From: an uncultured Candidatus Saccharibacteria bacterium
GTDB lineage: Bacteria; Patescibacteriota; Andersenbacteria; UBA10190
NCBI GenBank assembly: GCA_964610055.1
Contig: CAZSUC010000001.1
Span: 157,304-214,866, forward strand
Length of the DNA: 57,563 nucleotides
Reading direction: 5' to 3'
Part shown: positions 1 to 7,627 of the stretch, piece by piece
Position numbering within the stretch: position 1 is the first letter of the stretch
Layout: every line of letters starts with the position of its first letter
Notes under the pieces: generated by a model
The model's input: the letters and a program-made list of their open reading frames with translations, nothing else
Databases searched by the model: none
What the model was told of the DNA's origin: nothing
Position numbers and translations under genes: made by a program

Positions 1-53
1 AACCCGCGCATTCTCCATGGCAAGGAGACACACTGCCACTGTGCTATACCCGC
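1..53 (-). tRNA. tRNA-Gly(GCC), 3' portion cut off by the window edge
   Basis: The reverse complement reads GCGGGTA-TA-GCAC-AGTGGCA-GTGT-G-TCTCC-TTGCCAT-GGAGA-..GCGGGTT. This gives an acceptor 5' strand, D arm, anticodon stem TCTCC/GGAGA and loop TTGCCAT (anticodon GCC). The T arm runs off the window. Confidence 0.8.
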
Positions 54-100
54 ACAATCTGTATCGTATTTTTACCCAAATTTCTCTTAAAAAACAAGAG

Positions 101-499
101 CTATTTTAACGGCAATCTTTTGCCTCGATATAATTTTACCTCTTTGATAAAAGCCGCGTCGTTCTTTGTGCTATGTTGAATCGCATGGCAATTTGCACAA
201 AGCAAGATGCATTTTTTTAACTCAGACTTGATACTATCCCAGCTTTTATTTGCCGCATTTCCAAGAATAAAATCCTTCTTTTTTGTGTCTATATGGTGAA
301 ATTGAAAGGCTGCTTGATGTCCGATCCAACCACAAAGTTGGCATTTGCCACCCATCATAGTAATAGCTGCTTGTTTTGCGCGATATCTTCTAATCTTAGT
401 ATTACACGCACCGCACCGAGTACGATGTTTATCTTGGTAGTCTTTAAATTTACGACCACATAATCGACAAATTGTCATATATACAGTATAGCAATACAA
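101..499 (-). CDS. HNH endonuclease (N-terminal CxxC..CxxC zinc ribbon plus HNH nuclease motif)
   Basis: 132-aa ORF. Motifs: CRLCG...CGAC, then GGKCQLCGW..FQFHHID...N(x)..LLCANCHAIQH. This is the classical Cys4-bracketed H-N-H pattern. Confidence 0.8.
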   Translation of the reverse strand: MYCYTVYMTICRLCGRKFKDYQDKHRTRCGACNTKIRRYRAKQAAITMMGGKCQLCGWIGHQAAFQFHHIDTKKKDFILGNAANKSWDSIKSELKKCILLCANCHAIQHSTKNDAAFIKEVKLYRGKRLPLK

Positions 500-521
500 G
501 TTCTACCCAGCCAACCAAAAT

Positions 522-549
522 TTGAAAAAAAAAATAAACATGGTATGTT
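522..549 (+). promoter_or_regulatory. Candidate sigma70-type promoter upstream of tRNA-Phe
   Basis: TTGAAA (522-527), a 16-nt spacer, then TATGTT (544-549), about 20 nt upstream of the mature tRNA 5' end at 570. Motif match only, in an AT-rich spacer. Confidence 0.25.
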
Positions 550-569
550 TTACCCACACAACTAAATAT

Positions 570-850
570 GCCGCGGTAGCTCAGTGGTAGAGCATTCGCC
601 TAAGCAATTTGGGCCTTAAAGTAGTAATATTTTAAGCAAACTGGGTGAATTCGGGGGAAACTAAATTTAGCAATCCCGAGCCAAGCCGAGCCGAGTAAAT
701 AAATTAGTTCGGAAGGTGTAGAGACTAGCAAGTGAGCCTCAACAATAATCTTGCACAAGCGCCCAGCCCCTTGAAAAAGGGTGATGAGATAGTCCGGTAA
801 AAAACTGGAAGAGCGAAGTGTCGTCAGTCCGATTCTGACCCGCGGCACCA
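570..850 (+). tRNA. tRNA-Phe(GAA) interrupted by a group I intron; exon 1 570-601, exon 2 808-850, CCA encoded
   Basis: Cloverleaf elements: acceptor GCCGCGG/CCGCGGC, D arm GCTC-AGTGGTA-GAGC, anticodon stem TTCGC (596-600) / GCGAA (813-817), variable loop GTGTC, T arm GTCAG-TCCGATT-CTGAC, A73 plus CCA. Joining 601 to 808 gives a canonical 7-nt loop CTGAAGA, anticodon GAA. Confidence 0.8.
602..807 (+). ncRNA. Group I self-splicing intron (IC3-like, ORF-less, 206 nt) in the anticodon loop
   Basis: Core blocks closely match the Azoarcus/cyanobacterial tRNA introns as I remember them: GAATTCGGGGGAAACTAAA, CCGAGCCAAGCCGAG, GGAAGGTGTAGAGACTAGC, and P7 strands GACTA / TAGTC (GATAGTCC). The internal guide TTTGGGC (608-614) pairs contiguously with the ligated exons GCCT|GAA, including the U.G wobble at the 5' splice site. 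The last intron base is G807. Confidence 0.85.
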
Positions 851-854
851 ATTC

Positions 855-884
855 AAAAACCCCGTTGTAACGGGGTTTTTGTTT
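855..884. terminator. Bidirectional rho-independent terminator between tRNA-Phe (+) and the pilin-like gene (-)
   Basis: AAAAA-CCCCG-TTGTAA-CGGGG-TTTTTGTTT. A GC stem flanked by an A-run and a T-run sits between two convergent genes. Confidence 0.7.
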
Positions 885-896
885 GCTCGAAACAAT

Positions 897-1916
897 TTAA
901 TAATTACACTCACACGCTCCTGTTCCTCCAACATCTTGTAAGCATCCTGCATTGCACGATGGTGTTCCTCCGTTATTCAAACAAGTTGTTACAAAAGTAG
1001 TAAAGTTATCATCATCTACTGATGTTGCGCTGTCACTGACATCGTTTGCTGCGCACGAACAAATAGTCTGCAGCTCAGTTTCTTCTGTGTTTGTTCCGAT
1101 GATAAATGAATGCCAAGCACAACATGCATCTTCTATACTGCTATCCAGCGATCCCCCACAAAAATCCTGACACTGAGTAAATGCGTCTAAAACATAGTTT
1201 GTACCAACTCCGATTTCTACATTAATTTGTGATACCGATGTTTCAGACTCACACATGTTATTAGTTATCATGCGTGGTTGTGCTGACGTTGTTACCAGTG
1301 CTGCTGTTGGATTTTGATCAACATTCGCGTCAACCACTAAATTAATTCGCACTAATTGCACTTCTGACAATTGGTCATAAGTTAAATCGGATAATCCGTT
1401 ATTAATCTCAATCGGGTCAGCACCTCCCTGTTTGAAATACTCAAATAAAGCTTGTTTACTTTCTCTGTTTCTAACGTCCTTCAGAATTGACGCTGTCTCT
1501 TCGCTAGTTTCCTCACAGCCAGTACTACTAAGTTGTGCTACCTGTCGCATTAGCTGTCCGTCTGAGTTTAAATAGTACGATACTCGCTCTGGATCGTCGT
1601 CATCATCAACATTCGTTCGAAATGATATTGCATATTTATTCGCCCCCAAAACCCATCGTTCTGGCGGTGGCCCGTATGACTCCACCACTCCATTCTCGTT
1701 ACAATCAACATATCGCCCATTCTTTACTGTGTCTCCAATCCGCTGTAATTGAATTCTAGCGTCTTCTGTAATTTGAACCTGCTCAAATTGCTCTCGTTTT
1801 AGTTGGAATGATCTGCCAACGAACATCGTAATTGCAACTATTAAAATACCGCTTACGGCGATAACAACTAACATCTCTGCGACTGAAAATCCTTGCTGAA
1901 ATTTTGGTTTGTGCAT
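897..1916 (-). CDS. Prepilin-type N-terminal cleavage/methylation domain protein with a Cys-rich C-terminal domain
   Basis: The N-terminus MHKPKFQQG|FSVAEMLVVIAVSGILIV has the G/F-x-x-x-E class III signal followed by a hydrophobic helix. The C-terminal ~110 aa holds about 19 Cys (CCAWHS, CSCAAND, CNAGC, CECNY). Confidence 0.75.
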   Translation of the reverse strand: MHKPKFQQGFSVAEMLVVIAVSGILIVAITMFVGRSFQLKREQFEQVQITEDARIQLQRIGDTVKNGRYVDCNENGVVESYGPPPERWVLGANKYAISFRTNVDDDDDPERVSYYLNSDGQLMRQVAQLSSTGCEETSEETASILKDVRNRESKQALFEYFKQGGADPIEINNGLSDLTYDQLSEVQLVRINLVVDANVDQNPTAALVTTSAQPRMITNNMCESETSVSQINVEIGVGTNYVLDAFTQCQDFCGGSLDSSIEDACCAWHSFIIGTNTEETELQTICSCAANDVSDSATSVDDDNFTTFVTTCLNNGGTPSCNAGCLQDVGGTGACECNY

Positions 1917-1926
1917 AGTGCTCTCT

Positions 1927-3576
1927 TTATGAAGGATTTGGAGTAGCTGTCCCCGTATTTGTTGGTAAAGGTGTAGATGTTATATCTGGCGTGCGTGTCG
2001 GATATGAACAGTTACATCCGTCACACGTACCATATGTCCCCGTAGACGCGTTATAACAATCCGACGGTGAATCACACTCGCATAATGGTGTTGCTGTCGG
2101 ATACGAGCAGTTACACCCATCACATAAGCCATATGTTGCTGTCGATGCGTTATAACAATCCGACGGTGAATCACACTCGCATGATGGTGTCGGTGTCGGA
2201 ATAAACGGTGTGATGTAAATAATCGGCGTCGGTGTTGGTGTTGGTCCGCATGTGCCTACTGTAATTGTGGCATAACATCGAATTGACTCCGGGTTACACA
2301 CATCGCTGCTATCCTTTTGCTCATAATGAATCGTAATTGAAGTACCGTTCAAACATACATAGTAATCAGGTAAACATGGCTCAGCCGCTAAACATAATCC
2401 ATCATAACAATCCGTGTATCCTGTCGGACAGCCACATGATCCATCAGGATGTTCTTGTTGTCCCGCCGGACAAACGCCGACTTCATCTTCATCATCCTCT
2501 TCGTCTTCTCCGCTTCCACTACTTGGTGAAGATACATGATTAGTTGACATTGGTATTCCTGATGAAGATTCTGGTGAAGTACTTACTGATGCTGTTGGTT
2601 GTGGTGATACCTCTGAGCTTGTTGTGGGGCTGGTAGAGCTGCTCGCGTCCGGTGAACTACTGGTCGTCCCTGAGGTTGCTGTTGCGCTGCTGTCTGGACT
2701 ACTGCTTGTTCCGCTAGTCGGAGTTGGTGTGACCGTTGGCGTGACAGTTGGACTAGTTGAATTAGCTGGATCACTGGAAGTACTGCTTGGCGTCGGCGTT
2801 ACTGTGGTGCTTGCTGACACGCTTTCTGAAGCACTTGGGCTAGGAGTCAAAGATGGCGTCGGTGTTAAACTTGGGCTAGGAGTCAAAGATGGGGATGGTG
2901 ATTCCGTTGGAATTGGTGTCGGTGTTGGCGGCGGGCACTCGCATTCATCCACGCAAGCAATGTCAGTTCCACACGTTCCTTCCGTACATGCCGTTCGGCA
3001 AAAACCGTCACAACACGCTTCCCCGTCTTCACATACACTCGGATCGTCGCTGCACGGTGCTCCATCTGGCACCACTACAAATCCAATTTGCGAATTAACT
3101 ACTGAATTCTCGTCTGTTGAAGTTCCAAAAGTCGCTCCTGAAGGCGTTTCCACCGTCACCACGATCTGTTTATAATCTGCATCACTCTCTTGTAACGGCG
3201 TTTCTTCTGTTCCGTTCTCTGGATCGTCAACCAATTCAATATATGTCTGTACTGTATATAACTGATTGTAATTTCTTAATATCTTTTCTTCTCGCATGAT
3301 CAAACCATCCGGCTCACATTTTTCGTCATCGTCATTACATGTAACCGGATCAGTATATCCCACATCGTTATAATGCATGAGCCGAATTTCTTCTGCTCGT
3401 TGATTAGCTAAACCTAAAGCAACCGTTCTTTGCTCATTAACAGATGCTGTGCGAGTACTTAATGTAGCCAATCCCCCAATCGAAATTGTCAGCGTTGCCA
3501 ATATAAAAACACCGACTAAAGCCTCTACGACCGAAACTCCTGCCTGCCATTTAAACATACTGCCATTATAGTACAT
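1927..3576 (-). CDS. Prepilin-type N-terminal domain protein with a P/T/S-rich linker and Cys-rich modules (start may be Met7 at 3558)
   Basis: MFKWQAG|VSVVEALVGVFILATL fits a prepilin signal with Glu at +5. It is followed by a long PT/S low-complexity stretch, an acidic patch GEDEEDDEDE, and C-terminal repeats of CECDSPSDCYNAST.TYG.CDGCNCSYPT. Confidence 0.7.
   Translation of the reverse strand: MYYNGSMFKWQAGVSVVEALVGVFILATLTISIGGLATLSTRTASVNEQRTVALGLANQRAEEIRLMHYNDVGYTDPVTCNDDDEKCEPDGLIMREEKILRNYNQLYTVQTYIELVDDPENGTEETPLQESDADYKQIVVTVETPSGATFGTSTDENSVVNSQIGFVVVPDGAPCSDDPSVCEDGEACCDGFCRTACTEGTCGTDIACVDECECPPPTPTPIPTESPSPSLTPSPSLTPTPSLTPSPSASESVSASTTVTPTPSSTSSDPANSTSPTVTPTVTPTPTSGTSSSPDSSATATSGTTSSSPDASSSTSPTTSSEVSPQPTASVSTSPESSSGIPMSTNHVSSPSSGSGEDEEDDEDEVGVCPAGQQEHPDGSCGCPTGYTDCYDGLCLAAEPCLPDYYVCLNGTSITIHYEQKDSSDVCNPESIRCYATITVGTCGPTPTPTPIIYITPFIPTPTPSCECDSPSDCYNASTATYGLCDGCNCSYPTATPLCECDSPSDCYNASTGTYGTCDGCNCSYPTRTPDITSTPLPTNTGTATPNPS
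2048..2182 (-). repeat. In-frame tandem duplication, period 99 nt (33 aa), with 36-nt identical cores at 2048-2083 and 2147-2182
   Basis: GCGTTATAACAATCCGACGGTGAATCACACTCGCAT occurs twice, 99 nt apart. It encodes the duplicated CECDSPSDCYNAS module. Confidence 0.85.
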
Positions 3577-3600
3577 CCCTAACCAGATTTGTACACAATG

Positions 3601-3673
3601 TGGGCGGTGAGGGATTCGAACCCCCGACCTACTGAATGTAAGTCAGTTGCTCTACCAACTGAGCTAACCGCCC
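3601..3673 (-). tRNA. tRNA-Val(TAC)
   Basis: The reverse complement reads GGGCGGT-TA-GCTC-AGTTGGTA-GAGC-A-ACTGA-CTTACAT-TCAGT-AGGTC-GGGGG-TTCGAAT-CCCTC-ACCGCCC-A. CCA is not encoded. Confidence 0.9.
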
Positions 3674-3674
3674 T

Positions 3675-3761
3675 TGGTGCGGACGAGAGGACTTGAACCT
3701 CCAAGGGCTTGCGCCCACAGCCACCTCAAGGCTGCGCGTATACCAATTCCGCCACGTCCGC
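3675..3761 (-). tRNA. tRNA-Leu(GAG), class II with a long variable arm, CCA encoded
   Basis: The reverse complement reads GCGGACG..CAGCC-TTGAGGT-GGCTG-TGGGCGCAAGCCCTT-GGAGG-TTCAAGT-CCTCT-CGTCCGC-ACCA. Confidence 0.9.
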
Positions 3762-3782
3762 GCTGCCCCACAGAATACCCAA

Positions 3783-4364
3783 CTACTCCTTTTTTATCAA
3801 TTCCAATACTTTAGGGATCTTCTGAAAATCAGCCGCCAGTACTGTCCGCAAGCTCCCGTTATACAACGCTGCCGCCGGATGATAGACCGGAAAAATGACT
3901 CGTCCGTCTCGCCGCTTTGGCTGTCCATGTATCTTAGTAATCGAAAATCCCGGTCCCAGCATATATTCCATCGAAAATCTTCCCAAAGTTACCACTAATA
4001 AAGGATCAATTATTTCTATTTGCTCTGCCAGCCATGGCGCATAAGCCTCAATCTCCTCTGGCAATGGATCGCGATTTCCCGGGGGTCGATGTTTAATCAC
4101 GTTAGCGATAAATATCTCTTCGCGCTTGAATCCAGCTAACCCAATCAATTCATCCAAAAATTTGCCTGCCGCACCCACAAACGGCCGTCCCTGCTGGTCC
4201 TCATTTTTGCCGGGTGCTTCCCCAATAAACAACACCTCTGTGTTCGCGTTCCCTTCCCCCGGCACCGTATGCAAAGCCGTTGGTTTTAGTGGTAAATCTT
4301 TCGCTTCCCACTCCTCGTTCAGAATTCGCAATGCTTCTTCTTTTTCCTCGCGCGTTGGCTTCAT
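3783..4364 (-). CDS. Uracil-DNA glycosylase, family 4
   Basis: Motifs FIGEAPGKNEDQQGRPFVGAAGKFLD and HPAAALY are typical of family-4 UDG. Confidence 0.9.
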   Translation of the reverse strand: MKPTREEKEEALRILNEEWEAKDLPLKPTALHTVPGEGNANTEVLFIGEAPGKNEDQQGRPFVGAAGKFLDELIGLAGFKREEIFIANVIKHRPPGNRDPLPEEIEAYAPWLAEQIEIIDPLLVVTLGRFSMEYMLGPGFSITKIHGQPKRRDGRVIFPVYHPAAALYNGSLRTVLAADFQKIPKVLELIKKE

Positions 4365-4368
4365 TAAC

Positions 4369-5202
4369 CTAATCCTTCCGGTTTTGCTTCAAAAAATCAA
4401 TATCAGCCGCCAAACCATCATCATGTTTTGTTTCTAATATCCAATTCGCCTGACTAAAAATCGGATCTTTTAGCAATAACTTAAACCCGCTTGCGCCAAT
4501 TTGTCCTTGACCAATATGCGCGTGCCGATCTTTATGCGAATCTAAGTCACCCAACGAATCATTGGCATGGATTAATTTCAAATGCTCCTCACCAATCTGT
4601 TCTTTTAATATTGCCGTCGTCGCTTTAATTCCCGCTTCATCCCGCAAATCATATCCAGACGCGAATAAATGGCATGTATCCAAACAAACATGCATATCAT
4701 CTCGTCCAACCGCACGCACGATTTCTCCTAATTCTTCCAGTGAATCCCCCATCACCGCGCCTGCTCCTGCTGAAATCTCTAACAACAGTTCAGTCGTAAA
4801 TTCACCTTGGGTATAAATCTCCCGTACGCCGTTAATTACTTGCTCTAACGCCTCTGATCGCTCCGTCCATTCCCGCGCGCTTCCCAAATGAGTCATCACA
4901 TACTTCACCCCCAACAAACTTCCCCGTTCCAACTCTTCCCGCACAATTCTAATTGACGCCTTCGCAATCGCCGGTTTTTTGGACGCAAAATTAATGTAAT
5001 ATGGCGTATGGATATAACTTTCCAAACCATACTCAGCCGCTTTTGCCTTAAACTCATCCGCTATCTCTGGCGTAATCTTAGGCGCCGACCCGCCGCGCGG
5101 GCTGCGTGAAAAAAATTGAAAACATTCCAACCCCAACTCATGCGCTCGTTCTGGCACTAATTGCAGTCCTCCTGCGGCTGACACATGCGCACCTACTCTC
5201 AT
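4369..5202 (-). CDS. nfo: Deoxyribonuclease IV (AP endonuclease family 2)
   Basis: The N-terminus MRVGAHVSAAGG, HANDS...GS..DRHAHIGQGQIG, and the TIM-barrel length (277 aa) fit endonuclease IV. Confidence 0.9.
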   Translation of the reverse strand: MRVGAHVSAAGGLQLVPERAHELGLECFQFFSRSPRGGSAPKITPEIADEFKAKAAEYGLESYIHTPYYINFASKKPAIAKASIRIVREELERGSLLGVKYVMTHLGSAREWTERSEALEQVINGVREIYTQGEFTTELLLEISAGAGAVMGDSLEELGEIVRAVGRDDMHVCLDTCHLFASGYDLRDEAGIKATTAILKEQIGEEHLKLIHANDSLGDLDSHKDRHAHIGQGQIGASGFKLLLKDPIFSQANWILETKHDDGLAADIDFLKQNRKD

Positions 5203-5214
5203 ATTTTTATCTTA

Positions 5215-6744
5215 TCACCTCGCCTTTGCTTCCGCTCGGGTTTCTCTGATCACATTCACTTTAATATCCCCTGGATACTGCAATTCTTGTTCAATCTGCT
5301 TAGCGATTTCCTGCGCCAACTTAATTGCCTGCAAATCATCTATTTCACTGGGCGTGACAAACACACGGATTTCCCGTCCCGCGTGAATTGCGTACGCCTT
5401 TTCTACTCCGGTATGGCTGGTCGCGATATTCTCCAAGTCCTCCATCCGCTTCAAATACTGTTCAATGTTTTCTCGCCGCGCTCCTGGTCGTGCCGCCGAT
5501 ACCGCATCCGCGACCTGCACAATAATCGACTCCACCGTATCAAAAGGATAATCCCCGTGATGCGCTCGCGCCGCTTCAATTATTTGCTCGTCAATTCCAA
5601 ACTTGCGCATGATCTTCTCTCCAATCTCCACGTGGTTTCCCTCAACGTCATGATCAATCGCCTTGCCAATATCATGCAAAAGCGTTGCCCGCTTCGCCAC
5701 ATTTACATCTGCGCCTAATTCTTCCGCTAACATTGTCGCCACGTGCGCCGCTTCCCAGCTATGCTTCAGCATGTTTTGGCGATAACTTGTTCGGTACTTT
5801 AATCGTCCAATCAGCTGCACTAACTTTTCCGGCAAATCCATAATTCCTAAATCAAACACCACTGCTTCTCCGGCTTCCTTAATATCATCGTTGATTTTCT
5901 TTTTTGCTTCTTCCACCACCTCTTCAATCCGACCCGGATGAATACGGCCGTCTTTAAGCAACTGTTCCAACGCCCGCTTCGCCACCTGTCGTCGAATCGG
6001 ATTAAACCCAGAAATCGTAATTGTATTCGGCGTTTCATCAATAATAATCTCGCATCCCGTTAACCGTTCCAAATGCTGAATGTTTCGTCCTTCCTTCCCA
6101 ATCACCCGCCCAATCAAACTCTCATCCTCCACCGTCACATGGCTCGTGGTCGTCTCCGCCACCTGTGAGGAAGCATACCGTTGAATAATATTCGCTAAGA
6201 TCACATGCGCTTTTTCTTCTAGCTGCTTCACTCCTTCTAATTCCAATTTCTTAAGCCGCCGCACAATCTCATCCTTCGTCCGTGTTTCCGCTAACTCCAT
6301 CACTCTTTTTTCCGCCTGCTCACTCGTTAAGCCGGAAATCTCCGCCATCTTCGTTTCCTCTTCTGCCATCAGCCCCTTTAATTTTTCCTTTTCTGTCTCT
6401 AATACAGTTTTCTCTTGCGCTAATTCCTTTTCGCTCGTCTCAATCTTTTCTAATTTTGTCCCTAATTTTTCCTCTCGGTCTGCAATCCGTTTCTCCAATT
6501 CCAAAATTTGCTTGCGCCGGCTGTCCATCTCCTCTTCGCTTGACCGCCGTACTCGCGCCGCTTCTTCTTCCGCGTCCCGTTTTAATTTCGTCAGCTTGTC
6601 TTTCGCCGTCGCTAACTTCTCATTAATCTTTTTTTCCAGCGACTCGGCCTTTTTCGTAGCCGCTTGTTGCCGCCAAACATACCCTCCGGCCGCTCCGACT
6701 CCCGCCGCCAGCGCCAATCCTATAAATCCGCCCACAGTTACCAT
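5215..6744 (-). CDS. rny: Ribonuclease Y
   Basis: N-terminal TM helix, long charged coiled coil, KH domain (IGRVIGKEGRNIQHLERLTG), and HD domain (LLHDIGKA..HHGD). Confidence 0.95.
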   Translation of the reverse strand: MVTVGGFIGLALAAGVGAAGGYVWRQQAATKKAESLEKKINEKLATAKDKLTKLKRDAEEEAARVRRSSEEEMDSRRKQILELEKRIADREEKLGTKLEKIETSEKELAQEKTVLETEKEKLKGLMAEEETKMAEISGLTSEQAEKRVMELAETRTKDEIVRRLKKLELEGVKQLEEKAHVILANIIQRYASSQVAETTTSHVTVEDESLIGRVIGKEGRNIQHLERLTGCEIIIDETPNTITISGFNPIRRQVAKRALEQLLKDGRIHPGRIEEVVEEAKKKINDDIKEAGEAVVFDLGIMDLPEKLVQLIGRLKYRTSYRQNMLKHSWEAAHVATMLAEELGADVNVAKRATLLHDIGKAIDHDVEGNHVEIGEKIMRKFGIDEQIIEAARAHHGDYPFDTVESIIVQVADAVSAARPGARRENIEQYLKRMEDLENIATSHTGVEKAYAIHAGREIRVFVTPSEIDDLQAIKLAQEIAKQIEQELQYPGDIKVNVIRETRAEAKAR

Positions 6745-6977
6745 ATAATTTTTCCCTTCTTTTGTTTCTTTTTTAACCTAATTCAGTTGCGTAATTTAGA
6801 AACAAATACTAATCAATAAATTAGAGAAAACCGGTCACATAAGCCCTTTCCTCGCCCTAAACAACCATTTCCTGCGTTTTGGCTCTCTCTATCTCACATC
6901 CTACCCTCTCTCGTTAACTTTTTCCACTCGCTTCTGCGATCCTTCAGTAAGTCGGACTCTGACCGTGGTATCATGCT

Positions 6978-7562
6978 TCAGGCCTTTTCTACAATACTAT
7001 CCACAATCCCATAATCCCGCGCTTCCTGAGCGGACATGTAATAATCTCGGTCGCTGTCTTTCTCCAATCTTTCCAGCTTCTTTCCCGTATGCTTCGCCAG
7101 AATCCCATTTAAGCTCTGCTTTAATTTCAGAATATGCCGCGCGCTGATTTCAATGTCAGACGCCTGTCCTTCCGCGCCACCCATCACTTGATGAATCATC
7201 ACTTCCGCGTTCGGTAAGATTAAACGTTTCCCTTTAGCTCCCCCCGCTAGTAACACTGCTGCCATGCTCGCCGCCATCCCAATACAAATAGTCGAAATAT
7301 CCGGCCCTACAAACTGCATCGTATCGTAAATAGCCAAGCCAGCCGTCACTGATCCTCCCGGTGAATTTATATACACCTTTATATCTTTCTTCGGATCCTC
7401 ATGCTCTAAGAAAATCATTTGTGCGATGATTAAATTCGCCATGTCGTCGCTTACCGGCCCACCCAAAAAGATAATCCGTTCTTTTAATAGTCGGGAATAA
7501 ATATCATACGCCCGTTCTCCAAACTGAGATTTTTCTAAAACGGTTGGGATTAAATAAGACAT
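6978..7562 (-). CDS. clpP: ATP-dependent Clp protease proteolytic subunit
   Basis: [19 protein letters not shown], catalytic Ser context [11 protein letters not shown], and MIHQ; 194 aa. Confidence 0.95.
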   Translation of the reverse strand: MSYLIPTVLEKSQFGERAYDIYSRLLKERIIFLGGPVSDDMANLIIAQMIFLEHEDPKKDIKVYINSPGGSVTAGLAIYDTMQFVGPDISTICIGMAASMAAVLLAGGAKGKRLILPNAEVMIHQVMGGAEGQASDIEISARHILKLKQSLNGILAKHTGKKLERLEKDSDRDYYMSAQEARDYGIVDSIVEKA

Positions 7563-7627
7563 AAAGACACATTAAAAAACAAACTACCCCTATCATACCT
7601 AATCTCCCGTCCCTGCTCTAGTTGTTT

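Noticed and set aside
600-851. 83-aa ORF on the minus strand from the ORF track
   Set aside because: It lies entirely antisense to the tRNA-Phe exons and the group I intron. The RNA-gene interpretation explains the sequence fully, and the ORF has no recognisable motifs.
2624-3175. Long antisense or alternative-frame ORFs inside large genes (also 15836-16471, 20748-21401, 45953-46642, 54350-54961 and many shorter ones)
   Set aside because: These are shadow ORFs opposite strongly supported genes. Their translations are low-complexity (S/P/V/L-rich) with no motifs. They are expected in repetitive or compositionally biased coding sequence.
570-3761. Mixed encoding of the 3' CCA (present in tRNA-Phe and tRNA-Leu, absent in Val, Ala, Ala, Pro)
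   Set aside because: Heterogeneous CCA encoding is common in bacteria that have a CCA-adding enzyme, so it is not informative on its own.
6745-6977. SRP (4.5S) RNA in the clpP-rny spacer, because of GGUCAG.GUCC....GGA..GCAG similarity to SRP helix 8
   Set aside because: The apical GNRA tetraloop is missing; an 11-nt loop would be required. The GG/CC pairs flanking the symmetric loop cannot be formed. The resemblance is too weak without a covariance-model test.
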